The notes under the pieces were generated by a model, which worked only from the letters and a program-made list of their open reading frames with translations, made no database searches and had not been told where the DNA came from. 64,000 nucleotides of DNA from Octopus sinensis (lineage: Eukaryota), in assembly GCF_006345805.1 (NCBI RefSeq), contig NC_043007.1, positions 35,650,001-35,714,000 of the forward strand. The letters run 5' to 3'. Of the stretch, positions 38,377 to 51,436 are shown in pieces. Numbering within the stretch: the stretch's first letter is position 1; every line of letters starts with the position of its first letter. The position numbers and the translations under genes are program-made.

Positions 38377-39235
38377 CATATGTACATACACATGCACATA
38401 CATACACATATATGCACTTTCCCACCAAAATATTTTATTCCCATACCTATAGTTGCTAATTTGCATGCACACAAGCTCACTGAACCGAATATATAATTGT
38501 GCCTATACATGCTCATAAACAGACATACACATATAGGTGTGCACACAGACACAGCCAATAAATATATAAGCACATGCTGGTTTTGTCTGAAGGAAGGTGT
38601 TGAGTTGTACCTTTGGTTTTCACATTTACTTGCACATATAATACACATTAATACTTGCACATATAAATGTACATTCACATGTACATACATGCACACAAGA
38701 CCACATAACTATTGGAGAGGCATTGTGAATGCTTGGCTGTCATGTCAGTTTGTGAGGTCATTAGGCCACTAGCTATAGGCATGGAACTATGAGTATGTGG
38801 TTGTCTTGCCTGTTTCTAAGATCAAATGACCACATAGCTATAGGTGAGGTGACTGTGAGGGTGCGGCTGTCATGCATGTCCAAAAATTCCACACAGGTCT
38901 TTAGCAGTTTAAATTACATAAAAATGAGTTGGCCCTAATTGTATTTGAAATTATACCACAACACTCAGATAAGAGAGCTGCTATGCTTGATCGAAGCTTA
39001 CAACCCAACCCAATAGTATGACACTACCAAACAAGAGGAACACCTCCCTTACGTGATTGCTCAACCTGCTAGAAATTAGTAGTAAAACCTCTCTCAAGTC
39101 ACACAGGAAAATGGAAGGGTACATTCAAAAATGTAATCCTAAATACACTGTGTCTAAAATGTTTAGACAGCAGCTCCGCGTAAGAGATTAAGAGAAAAAA
39201 TATCAGACTTTACAAAAGAATACTTACAAAAAAAA

Positions 39236-39655
39236 TACCTATTTCTTTACTACCCACAAGGGACTAAACACAGAGAGGACAAACAAGGACAAACAGACGG
39301 ATTAAGTCGATTATATCGACCCCAGTGTGTAACTGGTACTTATTTAATCGACCCCGAAAGGATGAAAGGCAAAGTCGACCTCGGCGAAATTTGAACTCAG
39401 AACGTAACGGCAGACGAATTACCTATTTCTTTACTACCCACAAGGGGCTAAACACAGAGAGGACAAACAAGGACAGACAAACGGATTAAGTTGATTATAT
39501 CGACCCCAGTGCGTAACTGGTACTTATTTAATCGACCCCGAAAGGATGAAAGGCAAAGTCGATCTCAGCGGGATTTGAACTCAAAACGTAGCGGCAGATG
39601 AAATACAGCTAAGCAGTTTGCCCGGCATGCTAATGACTCTGCCAGCTCGCCGCCT
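39236..39655 (-). mobile_element. SINE family B dimer (full head + truncated second unit)
   Basis: Same AAAGAAATA|GGTA junction at about 39420. Confidence 0.85.
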
Positions 39656-40150
39656 CAAAAAAAATACCGAGTTCTATTTGATCTACTAAACCCTTCAAGG
39701 TGGTGCTTCAGCATGGCCACACTTCAATAACTAAGACAAGTGAAAGGTAAAAAGCAGAAGTATTATAGGTCATCTGCCCAGTCAATCAGCAGCCAAAGAA
39801 AAACAACAACCACCACAGCTACAACAACAGCAACAGAAGCAGCAGTAACAGCAACTGAATCATAACTCATTTGGTGAATGGTTTATTTATCTCATTTGTG
39901 GTAATGGTGATGGTCGTGGTGGGTGAGGGAGAGGTTCATGTTATCATGAAGTCAAAGTTCAAGAAGAAGGACATGAAACCAAACAAGAGCTCTATTTCAT
40001 CAGCTGCTGATTGCTACATAAAGCTCAATGTTTCAGTGTCTCTTTCTCTGTGTTACAAGGGAACCGATTTCGTTACAGGAAAATTATGCATTGTTGCACA
40101 TGCACACATACTTGCATGCATTTACATATAGCGCATGCATTTACGTACAA

Positions 40151-40321
40151 GGCGCAAGAGTGGCTGTGTGGTAAGTAGCTTGCTTACCAACCCCATGGTT
40201 CCGGGTTCACTCCCACAGCGTGGCACCTTGGGCAAGTGTCTTCTACTATAGCCTCGGGCCGACCAAAGCCTTGTGAGTGGATTTGGTAGATGGAAACTGA
40301 AAGAAGTCCATCGTATACATG

Positions 40322-40362
<41 letters not shown>

Positions 40363-40598
40363 GTATATATATATGTATGTATGTGTGTGTGTATATGTTT
40401 GTGTGTCTGTGTTTGTCCCCCCAACATTGCTTGACAACCGATGGTGGTGTGTTTACGTCCTTGTAACTTAACGGTTTGGCAAAAGAAGCTGATAGAATAA
40501 GTACTAGGCTTACAAAGAATAAGTCCTGGAGTTGATTTGCTCGACTAAAGGCGGTGCTCCAGCATGGTCGCAGTCAAATGACTGAAAGAAGTAAAAGA
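40151..40598 (+). mobile_element. SINE family A, full length
   Basis: Complete match. Confidence 0.9.
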
Positions 40599-40858
40599 AA
40601 AAAATACATAGATTAGATTACATACATTCACACACACACACACAAATATGTGTGTGTGTATGACGGTACATGGCTCAGTAGTTAGAGTGTCAGGCTCATG
40701 ATTATGAGGTAGTGGATTCAGTTCCTGGACCGGGCTGTGTGTTGTTCTTGAGCAAGACACTTTATTTCATGTTGCTCCAGTTCACTCAGCTGTATCAGCC
40801 TTTGCCATTCCCTTGCGTATTTTGTTTTATATTTATATTTATTATTTTTATACTATAT

Positions 40859-40985
40859 AATCTCTGACGAAGCCTAGAGATATATTCAAGTACCTCATTT
40901 TCATCTACCTATTACCTCAATACACTTGACTAATATAGGCAGAATGAGATACTTTTATCTTAATGCTGGAACAGCTGTAAGTTAT
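40859..40985 (+). ncRNA. Degenerate hammerhead motif in a TA-terminated element (about 40800-41160)
   Basis: CTGACGA 40864-70, AGC/GCT closing pair, GGAAC (A13 to G), AGCT, GTA 40977-79. Stem I is weak. Confidence 0.45.
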
Positions 40986-41159
40986 TTTACTAATTTATAT
41001 TCATTCTAATAATTACTTGTATCCTTATCTTATATGCATAGAATAATATGCTATATGTATATATGTTATTGTAATGATCTGTTTAATAAATAAGTTAACA
41101 TTTTTAACGTCCTAAACTTGATGAACCAAACTATTGTTCTCCTCCATTTTCTTATTTGC

Positions 41160-41201
<42 letters not shown>

Positions 41202-41883
41202 TACATACATATATGTACACACACACACACACACACACATACATATATATAGAATAGTGGTACAACAAAGCACCAATATTTAATGAAAATAGCAGTCAAT
41301 AATATACAACTAGTGAAGGCCAGTTTATGAGGTTACCCTGGGTTTTCCCCATCCATGAATGGTTTAACTTTATGGTGTATCTTCAGACCCCAAGATCTTT
41401 TGGCCAATGACCTCTTTTCTTGGCGCCTGAAGATAAACCAGCCTTCACTGGGAAAAAACATAGACTGCTCTACTTTTTAGAGTGGATTTCTAAAAATGAT
41501 ATATATATATTTATTTATTTGAAGTGTGAGTTCAGTTCTAGTATCAATATAACCAAAATATATTGAAATTTATATTCATCTATCTTTTTCTTTAATGCTC
41601 TTTCTCTTAATCATCTTATTTGTCTATTTGTCTGTTTGATCTTGTTATCTGTTATCTACTCTATCAGAAGCTTTGCACCCAATTGCCAACTTAGCCATTC
41701 TCTTTTTGTTTTCAATCTGAGAGACTTTGATCCATGATCAGAAGTCTCACTATCTAGAAACCATACAACATATTCTTTCTACCTAGAATCAAATCAACCA
41801 ATTGCTCTCTTTTTATCTTTGTTAAGTTTTTTTTTTTACATTTTCTCTTTTTTCACTGCATTATCTATGGACACTGTGCTGTG

Positions 41884-41926
<43 letters not shown>

Positions 41927-42177
41927 TATATATTCATATACGTATATATGTATATATATATGAGATATGTATGGATGTATGCATCCATGTTCCATGATGG
42001 CATACATGTTCCATGATGATCCAACGACTGCACAGTGCTCCAGTGTCTGCTCTGGTATGCTTTCTATAGCTAGATGCCCTTCCTAATGCCAATCACTTTA
42101 TAGCATGTACTGGATAATTTTCATGCTACTTGCATGAAGGAGATCACCATGCATATGTTTGTGAGTCTATATATATA

Positions 42178-42436
42178 TGGAGGCACAATGGCCCAGTTGT
42201 TAGGGCAGCGGACTCGCAGTCGGAGGATCGCAGTTTCGATTCCTAGACTGGGCGTTGTGTGTGTTTATTGAGCGAAAACCCCTAAAGCACCATGAGGCTC
42301 CGGCAGGGGGTGGTAGCGATCCCTGTTGTACTCTTTCGCCCCCAATTTTCTCTCACTCTCTCTTCCTGTTTCTTGAGTAATGCTGTAATGGACTGGCGTC
42401 CCGTCCAGCTGGGGGGAATACATACGCCACAGAAAC
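42178..42436 (+). mobile_element. SINE family D, 3'-truncated
   Basis: A-box TGGCCCAGTTG, B-box GTTTCGATTCC, V-domain-like GGACTGGCGTCCCGTCCAG. Confidence 0.85.
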
Positions 42437-42917
42437 CTAACCCTAACACATGCATACACACACATACACACATAAATATTGGCTAGTAAAAAATAAAATG
42501 TGTGTATTACATCATAGGAAATGTGAAGAAGTCTGGAAAGTGTCTCACTGTCAAACATGAGTTAACTTGGTTTCTGTGTTTCAAGCAGTCATGCATGAAA
42601 CCAAATATAGTCAGTTCCAGTGCAATAAGGTTTAAGCAAACCTGTAACCAAAGATATTCCAGCTGTGTGCATTCCCTTTTTTTGCAGACTAAGTGTATCT
42701 AAAATGGTAGTCTATAATCTGAGTGGGGACTTGGTTGCTATTTCTAATAGATTGAGTCACTGCAATGGTGCTCCCTCACTTGGTCTGCTTTAAAGGGTCT
42801 TATTACCTTAGCATTATTTGATCAGTACTGAATACTGTTTTACTCTTGTGCAGGTTCCATCTTTTACAGAGATTTGTATGTGAGTGTGTGTAGGTGCAGT
42901 CATGTTGTTGCTGTTGC

Positions 42918-42972
<55 letters not shown>

Positions 42973-43293
42973 ACTGCTGCTACTGCTGTTTCTTTTGGTG
43001 ACAATGGAAACCTTATATATATATATATTTATATATATGATCTGAGGTATTTACAGATACTTCATCCACTAATTAATTTCAGTAGAGCTCGCAGGGGAAG
43101 GGCAGATATATATTTAGGTCAACCCGAGCCTTTTGATGTCACATTCTGTTCATTTAAAATAGGAAACCATCTTCCCTCTTCATCCACAATAACTGAACTC
43201 ACAACGTTCAACAGGAAGTCAAGCTGGGAACAGAAGAGAAGTGAAGAGCTTCCCACAAAACTCGACCTTACTTGATACAAACCAGTGAGAGTT

Positions 43294-43819
43294 CTCTCTT
43301 TTACTCTTTTTACTTGTTTCAGTCATTTGACTGTGGCCATGCTGGAGCACCGCCTTTAGTCGAGCAAATCAACCCCGGGACTTATTCTTTGTAAGCCTAG
43401 TACTTATCCTATCGGTCTCTTTTGCCGAACTGCTAAGTGACGGGGACGTAAACACACCAGCATCAGTTGTCAAGCGATGTTGTGGGGGACAAACACAGAC
43501 GCACAAACATATACACACCCTTCTTTCCTTCTTTCCTGAGCGTCCAATAATACTTATATTTGTTCCACGTCCTTGCGTTGTTGTGTTTTTTTTGTGCTTT
43601 CTTGTTTGGATTAACTTTATACACACACATACATATATATATATATACATATATACGACAGGCTTCTTTCAGTTTCCATCTACCAAATCCACTCACAAGG
43701 CATTGGTCGGCCCGAGGCTATAGCAGAAGACACTTGCCCAAGATGCCACGCAGTGGGACTGAACCCGGAACCATGTGGTTGGTAAGCAAGCTACTTACCA
43801 CACAGCCACTCCTGCGCCT
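43294..43819 (-). mobile_element. SINE family A with a 100-bp insert (43519-43619) in its internal microsatellite
   Basis: The insert shares TTCCTGAGCG..A.TAATAC with 49870-49950. Confidence 0.85.
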
Positions 43820-44034
43820 AGTAGTCTGTACCTAGTTTTAATATCTGCCCCTAAAATTCATATGATTTTTCATTGAGATAATTAATGAAAGGCAGTAAAT
43901 ATTTCAGAATTGGTAGTGCATCAGACAGAATGCTTTGCAGTATTCAGTTGCAACTCTTTATATTATGGTTTCAAATCCTGCTGAGATTAACTTTACCTTT
44001 CATCCATCTGGTTCCGTTAAAATAAATTACCATA

Positions 44035-44430
44035 GGCGTAGGAGTGGGTGTGTGGTAAGTAGCTTGCTTACCAACCACATGGTGCCGGGTTCAGTCCCAC
44101 TGCGTGACACTTTGGGCAAGTGTCTTCTTCTATAGCCTCAGGGGCTGACCAAAGCCTTGTGAGTGGATTTGGTAGACGGAAACTGAAAGAAGCCTGTCAT
44201 ATATATGTATGTGTGTGTGTGTGTGTGTGTCTGTGTTTGTCCCCCAACATCACTTGACAACCAATGCTGGTGTGTTTATGTCCCCGTAACTTAGCAGTTC
44301 GGCAAAAGAAACTGATAGAATAAGTACTAGGCTTACAAAGAATAAGTCCTGGGGTTGATTTGCTTGACTAAAGGCAGTGCTCCAGCATGGTCGCAGTGAA
44401 ATGACTGAAACAATTAAAGGAATAAAAGAG
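44035..44430 (+). mobile_element. SINE family A, full length
   Basis: Complete match. Confidence 0.9.
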
Positions 44431-44989
44431 TAATCAAGTTGTGTGTTGATATTTTTACCATTTGTTATTTCTGTTGTTTCTTTATAAAACATCACAAATG
44501 TATTTCTTTCAAGTATTCCTTTCTCACTATTAGTACATTGAATTCTGTCCATGATTCGACATTGGGACCATTTTAAGATCTGACTGCCTATCTCTGCTTG
44601 AAACATCATTGGTTTCCCTTTCGAAAGAAGATCATGAGTTGAATGCTTGATGTGGCCAAACAGCTTAAGGAAGTTACTTTTAGCTTTACTAATAATTCAT
44701 TATATTTAGTTGTCAGATAATTGCTTGGGTTTTTTCCCCCATTTATTTTAATTCTTTCCCATGTTATTTTGAATTAACTAGAAAAATATTTTTATCACAG
44801 TACAAACTGCCGTTTATATATAGAGAGATTTTATGGATTTTTTCTTGTAGCTCTATTCTTCCTCTACAACTCTTGTTTATAGCTTTTGAAATTCAAATAA
44901 ATTTTACAGCTTTTCAGATATATGACAATGAAGCACCAAATAAACAAAAAAAACAACACAAAACAAATTTATCTGATAATCCAATCATC

Positions 44990-45380
44990 ATCATCATTAT
45001 CATCGTTTAACGTCCGCTTTCCATGCTAGCATGGGTTGAATGATTTGACCGAGGGCTGGCGAACCAGATGGCTGCACCAGGCTTCAATCTTGATCTGGCA
45101 GAGTTTCTACAGCTGGATACCCTTCCTAACGCCAACCACTCCGAGAGTGTAGTGGGTGCTTTTATATTCCACCAGCACGGGGCCAGTCAGGCGGTACTGG
45201 CAATGACCTCGCTTGAATATTTTACACATGCCACCGGCACAGGTGCCAGTAAGGTGAAGCTGGTAATGATCATGCTCGAATGGTGTCTTTCACGTGCCAC
45301 CGGCATGGAAGCCAGATAGCCGCTCTGGCGACGATCACGCTCGGTTGGTACTCTTAACACCCTACTAGCACGGGGCTCGA
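44990..45380 (-). mobile_element. Family C element (RTE-X tail, about 60-bp subrepeats)
   Basis: Colinear with 60305-60690, including the same 5' start GAGCCCCGTGCTAGTAGGGTG. Confidence 0.8.
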
Positions 45381-46680
45381 GTTGCGTAATTTCTCTAAGA
45401 TTTAGTACTTTAATTCTGTAGGGTTTTAACTGTGACATTTCTCATAGATTTACCACTTAATCTTTATCATTTGGATGTTAACCACTAATAAATCCCATGA
45501 CATAGTTTTGATGTACTTCAATTTTTAAAGCTGTTTTTCCAGACCAGGTGATACATAAAATAATACATAAAAGAGATGTTACACACCTCAACCTTGACAT
45601 TACTGTTTGACATATTGTTTAAATGTATAAAAAAAAATCAATATTATAATATTTAAAAGAAATGAAATAAATTTTAGTCAGCTATGCAGTCTATGTTATG
45701 GTATATGAAGTATACTTACCATATGCAATATCTAAAGCATTGATATAGCTTTTGGTTTTTTAGCACTTGTAAAAGTGTTTTTATCTCAAGCATCAAATGA
45801 ATCTATGGTTTCAAATTTTTATCCCATGATTATTTGAGGCTCTGTAAGTGAAGTCAAGTACAGTACAACAAGCCATCACTTGCAAGTGAGTGTAGTTTGG
45901 TAATTTGTACCATGCCTTCTGTTTTCACATTCTGAGTTCAAATTCTGCCATGGTTAACTTTGCCTTTTCAAGGTTAACTTTGCCTTTCAAGGTTAACTTA
46001 CCCCTTCCCCTGAAATTGCTGGCCTTGTACCAGAATTTTAAACCATACTTTCACTAATTGTTTTAAGTACCTCTATAGTTACGAACATACATAGATAGTC
46101 ACTCAGTCCCCTAAATCTTGACCCATTGGCATATCCTGGACGCAAGAACTGAAAGGAGAGAAAGAGGGGTGCGAGAGAGGGGTGGTTCTGCAAGAAAGAA
46201 GGTGGGGGTAGTGAGAGAGGGAGAGAGAGTGTTCCATCAGCACCTGGCTTGTACTCATTTAAAACTGAGTACACTGGAGCAATGTGAAACGAAGTGTCTT
46301 GGTCAAGGATACATTGTGTTGCCTGGTCCCAAGAGTTGAACTCAAGATCTTATGAATGTGAGCCAAACACCTTAACTATTAGACCCTGTATATTCACCTG
46401 AAAAGGAAAAAATATAAAGTAAAGATTAGATTTACGGATTAAAAATGGATTAAAGATCAAAACCACTTAAAATATAATTTAATCTCAAATCTGATGTGTA
46501 TTAGTAAATAAGAAATCATAAAGAAGCAGATGAAGATAAATGTTGTTGTTTATCCATTCTAATCTCTTCTCAGTGCCATCTTAAGGCATAAGCACACTAG
46601 GCACTTGCCTTGGGGCCCCACAGTTCTAGGGCCATAATTCTGATCTAAGCATACCATAGCTTGCTTTTAATGAATAAATA

Positions 46681-47062
46681 CTCTCTTTTACTCTTTTACT
46701 TGTTTCAGTCATTTGACTGAGGCCATGCTGGAGCACCACCTTTAGTCAAGCAAATCGACTTCAGGACATATTCTTTGTTAGCCTAGTACTCATTCTGTCA
46801 GTCTCTTTTGCCGAACCGCTAAGTTACGGGGACGTAAACACACCAGCATCGGTTGTCAAGCGATGTTGGGGGACAAACACAGACACACAAACATATACAC
46901 ACACATACATATATACGACGGGCGTCTTTCAGTTCCCGTCTACCAAATCCACTCACAAGGCTTTGGTCGACCCAAGGCTATAGTAGAAGACACTTGCCCA
47001 AGTGTCACATAGTGGGACTGAACCCGGAACCATGTGGTTACCACACAGCCACTCCTACACCT
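46681..47062 (-). mobile_element. SINE family A
   Basis: Near full-length match. Confidence 0.9.
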
Positions 47063-47099
47063 ATAAATATTGTTGAGCCCAGTGCAATTATTTGCCTGG

Positions 47100-47750
47100 A
47101 ACCCATACTACTGCTAAGGCCCTGTCTTCCATATGGTCTGTTAGCTTTTATGGCCTTATCTACTGTATTATTTCATCATCAAATCACCTCTCTTGCTGAA
47201 ACTTGGCTCCATCAACAGATATGCTATGTAACTTACAGCAAAGTTTTTCATAGACCTCCCACAGTTGTCTTCTGTGTTGTAAGTTTCTGTTGTTACCTCC
47301 TTATTATGTATCACATAGAACTTCTTTGAGCCTTGTGTAGCAGTACTTAGTATTTGAAACCACATCGGTCCTGCCATGGACAAAAGCCATGACATATCAG
47401 GTGATGTTAGTCTACATTCAAGCCAATCAGTATCCTGAAGCATTTGTTAAGAGTCATGGAAAATTCCATGCAGCTTCGTGCCAAATGATGGATATAAATT
47501 GATATGTGTGGGAAATATAAACCAGAGAGGTGAGCGTGTAAGGCAGAGGATGGCAGAAATTTTCTTGGTCAACCAGCATTCATGCCACTTCGATGTGATG
47601 TTAAAAACCACCTCACCAAGCATAAAGACTTACATTTTCTCTTTTTGCCAGACATAGATTCTCATACACTAGCTACTGGCATTAAGCACAACAGCTTTTG
47701 GCAAGTAACTATTGTAATGTCAATATGGAAATAAATATGATTCCTTGTGG
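47100..47750 (-). pseudogene. Decayed RTE-like LINE ORF C-terminus
   Basis: Frameshifted remnants such as WQDR..V.NT..L and SISVDGAKFQQER resemble the RTE C-terminus. Weak. Confidence 0.35.
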
Positions 47751-47915
47751 TTGCTTTTATGTGGGAAATGACACACAGCTTGAATAAATTTCCACCTCTC
47801 AGCTAACCAAACCACATTTGTTAGGGCCAAGGAACATTCTGGCTCTCTACCTTTATCTTGTAGGTTGTCTTGTGTCTCTGAGTCTGTCTAGCTCTTTCTC
47901 TCTTTCTCAGATTCT

Positions 47916-48330
47916 TATTTCCTTATTGCCCAGAAGGGGCTAAACATAGAGGGGACAAACAAGAACAGACAAAGGGATTAAATCAATTACATCGACCCCG
48001 GTGCGTAACTGGTACTTAATTTATCGACCCTGAAAGGATGAAAGGCAAAATCGACCTCGGCGGAATTTGAACTCAGAACGTAGCAGCAGACGAAATACCT
48101 ATTTCTTTACTACCCACAAGGGGCTAAACATAGAGGGGACAAACAAGGACAGACAAAGGGATTAAGTCGATTACATCGACCCCAGTGTGTAACTGGTACT
48201 TAATTTAATCGACCCCAAAAGGATGAAAGGTAAAGTCGACCTCGGCGGAATTTGAACTCAGATGTAACAGCAGACGAAATACTGCTAAGCATTTCACCCA
48301 GCGTGCTAACGATTCTGCCAGCTTACCGCT
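47916..48330 (-). mobile_element. SINE family B dimer
   Basis: Junction GACGAAATACC|TATTTCTTTAC at about 48100. Confidence 0.85.
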
Positions 48331-49137
48331 CATAACTCAGATTGTTGACCACTGAGCTATGTGGGTTGGTATATTTTTCACTGAGGAAGGACTCACTATT
48401 GAAAACCAGTTGCTATTCCTGTTTGCTGATAACTATGAATTTATGCTGTTTCTATGTTTGCCTGATTAGTTGGTGATCAGAGAGCTGGCTAGTTTCTTGA
48501 AGTTGCTGTTATAAATAATTAAGTCTTTTACATAACAGAAATCAGAGAAGTTACATTCCTTTTTTGTTTCTTACAACATATTCATGTACTAAGAAGTAGT
48601 CATCTCACAGTTGTTCTACATGTCCATTAAAGTCATCAGTCATGCTAATGAGACTGCTGTCATTTATCAAACTGATGTTTAATTAAAGACAAGCCATCAA
48701 AAACATGAATATGCAAATTAAGCAACCCACCTTTGTACAAGACTAAATGATGACTGCTTTAAATAACTACTGATCTGCTTGGAGAAGGAAGCTGGGTACA
48801 TCTTTTCCAAGGAGCAGTCAACAAACTTTGAAACAGTCTTTCAGGAAACTCCTCCTCTTTTCTAGCACATTATTACCATAGGAAAGTATGTGTATATTAT
48901 ACACACACACATACATATATATATGGCTGCATCGTTAAGAAGATATTTTCCCAACCAGTTTAGTCTCATGGCATCACATCCTGGGCAAGTGTCTTTTACT
49001 ATAACCTTGAGCCAACCAAAATCTTGTAAGTGGATTTGGCAGAGAAAAACTGAAACAAGCCCATCATGAGTGTATGTATGTGTGACTTTATATATATATT
49101 TATCAATGAAATATATATGTGTATATATATATATATC

Positions 49138-49510
49138 TTTATTCTTTTACTTGTTTCAGTCATTTGACTGTGGACATGCTGGAGCACCGCCTTTAGTTGA
49201 GCAAATCAACCCCAGGACTTATTCTTTGTAAGCCTAGTACTTATTCTGTCGGTCTCTTTTGCTGAACCGTTAAGTTACAGGGACGTAAACACACCACCAT
49301 CAGTTGTCAAGTGATGGGGGGGGGGAACAAACACAGACACACAAACATATACACACACACACACATATATATTTATACATATATACGACAGGCTTCTTTC
49401 AGTTTCCGTGTACCAAATCCACTTACAAGGCTTTGGTTGGCCCAAGGCTATAGTAGAAGACACTTGCCCAAGGCTGGTAAGCAACCTACTTACCACACAG
49501 CCACTCCTGC
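49138..49510 (-). mobile_element. SINE family A
   Basis: Match with a small internal deletion near the head. Confidence 0.85.
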
Positions 49511-49817
49511 ATTTAGGGTTGGCCAAAAGTCACCTGACAGCATATCAACATTCCATAAATACTCTCTGTAACTCAATATTGAATCAAATGGAAAAATGTG
49601 TTGCTCAAGGACTTCAGTTTGAATAATTTTCATGTTTCTTATTTAGATGCTTATATTAAATTCATTCATTTGTTAAATGTAGATAAATCTTGGAATTAAG
49701 GTTTTTGATTTACTAACAGGTGACTTGGTCAACCCTGTATGTCCGAAGTCAGGACGCCGTGATAGATCGTTAGCTCCTACATGCATTTTTTTTCTCTCCT
49801 TGTTTTTTTTCTGTGTA

Positions 49818-49855
49818 TCTTTCTGTCAAAGAGCATAGGCTCGAAACGTAAAAGA
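49818..49855 (+). ncRNA. Minimal hammerhead-topology motif with variant 5' core, in a TA-terminated element (about 49720-49955)
   Basis: Stem I TCTTT/AAAGA, CTGTCAAA, stem II GAGC-ATAG-GCTC, GAAAC-GTA (palindromic ACGT). Confidence 0.45.
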
Positions 49856-50259
49856 CCTGTTCTATTTCTATTCCTGAGCGCCATACTAATACATTGTTTG
49901 TTTGTACTCCACCTGCCTTCGACTTTTGTTTATTTTTGTAAACCTTCCCGTTATATATATATATATAAATATAAGGTGCCACGCAGTGGGACTAAACCCG
50001 GAACCATGTGGTTGGTAAGCAAGCTACTTACCACACAGCCACTCAAATATAAATTAATAATTTTAAATTTTTAACTTTAAATTTAGATGATTTTGAAATT
50101 TATATTTATATATTTTGTATATTATATTATATTAATTAATTTTATTTCTATGTTTTGGTTTATGTTTTTCGCTGTTTGATTTGCCTAATAGTGGTTTTAT
50201 CTCTAATTTAATTTAATATATATATATATAAAAATAACTATATGTATGTATTCCAATAG

Positions 50260-50640
50260 AAAACCGGTATGTCTTCATGTGTGCGTGCGCGTAGACACAC
50301 TCATAAATATATACACCAATTATAGACACACACCTGTTTTTTTGTTTTTTTAAGTTGTCACACACTCTCTCTATCTCTTCCGGAAGCTAGTCCCACATTT
50401 TATCTGTGACGTTTGTTGAAATATTGTCAAGCGAGTAACTAGAAGTTTTACATCCAAGTTAACAACCAAATTATTCGATCACATTATACTACATAAGCAC
50501 ACAGATAACATATATATATATATATAGTTATCTGTTGTTATTAATTATTACGGAATTCATTCGATCGAATAAGATTTTTGGAAATTACAGATCTTTGATA
50601 GCAGCGTGTTGTTTGTGTACTTAGGTATGTATACAATATA

Positions 50641-50692
<52 letters not shown>

Positions 50693-51394
50693 GATATATA
50701 TATATATATATAAATACAGTGTACATTTAAGCACCTAAGAGATGGCCATAACAGGACATCTGACTCGCTAGAAGGAGTAGTTAAACTACAAATTACTATT
50801 AGGGATAGTATATATATATATATATTTATGTATATATATATATATTATTTATGTATATATATATTATTTATGTATATATATATATTATTTATGTATATAT
50901 ATATATTATTTATGTATGCATGTATACACAAACACACACATTGCTATTACGCAAAAATGTCACACATTCAAAAAGTTGCTTTTTCAGAAAACGAAAAAGT
51001 AGTTTCACCATTCCATTAGCAAAACCGTTCTACTACACATTGACAACTTTTGATATCTTATCATCTGAAACAGGTGGAGATACGATAGTTTGACCAAAAG
51101 AACCGGTTATTGCAGGCAAAAATAAATATTCAAAAAATGATATTTGGTCAAATTTGGACACACGACAGTTTAGCAATAATAGCAACACATATACATATAT
51201 CCATATATACACGCACAGACGGAGTTTCCTATCATGCACCCGTCCTGTAACTTTTTATTTACTTATTTTTTTGAACCACGAGGAGAAATATATAAAGTAA
51301 AAGTTTTTGTTAAGAAAAACTTTTTTACTTCAATATTTAAGACAAAAATTATGCCTTTTACCGAATATCTATCTATCTATCTACCTATATATAT

Positions 51395-51436
<42 letters not shown>

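Noticed and set aside
44250-44700. 119-aa ORF, possibly a decayed RTE C-terminus (KLFGHIK..LKWS)
   Set aside because: Half of it is SINE A read-through, and the remaining similarity is too weak to annotate.
45720-45841. Minus-strand exon candidate with good AG and GTAAGT sites
   Set aside because: All three frames contain stops. It could only be non-coding, and there is no support for that.
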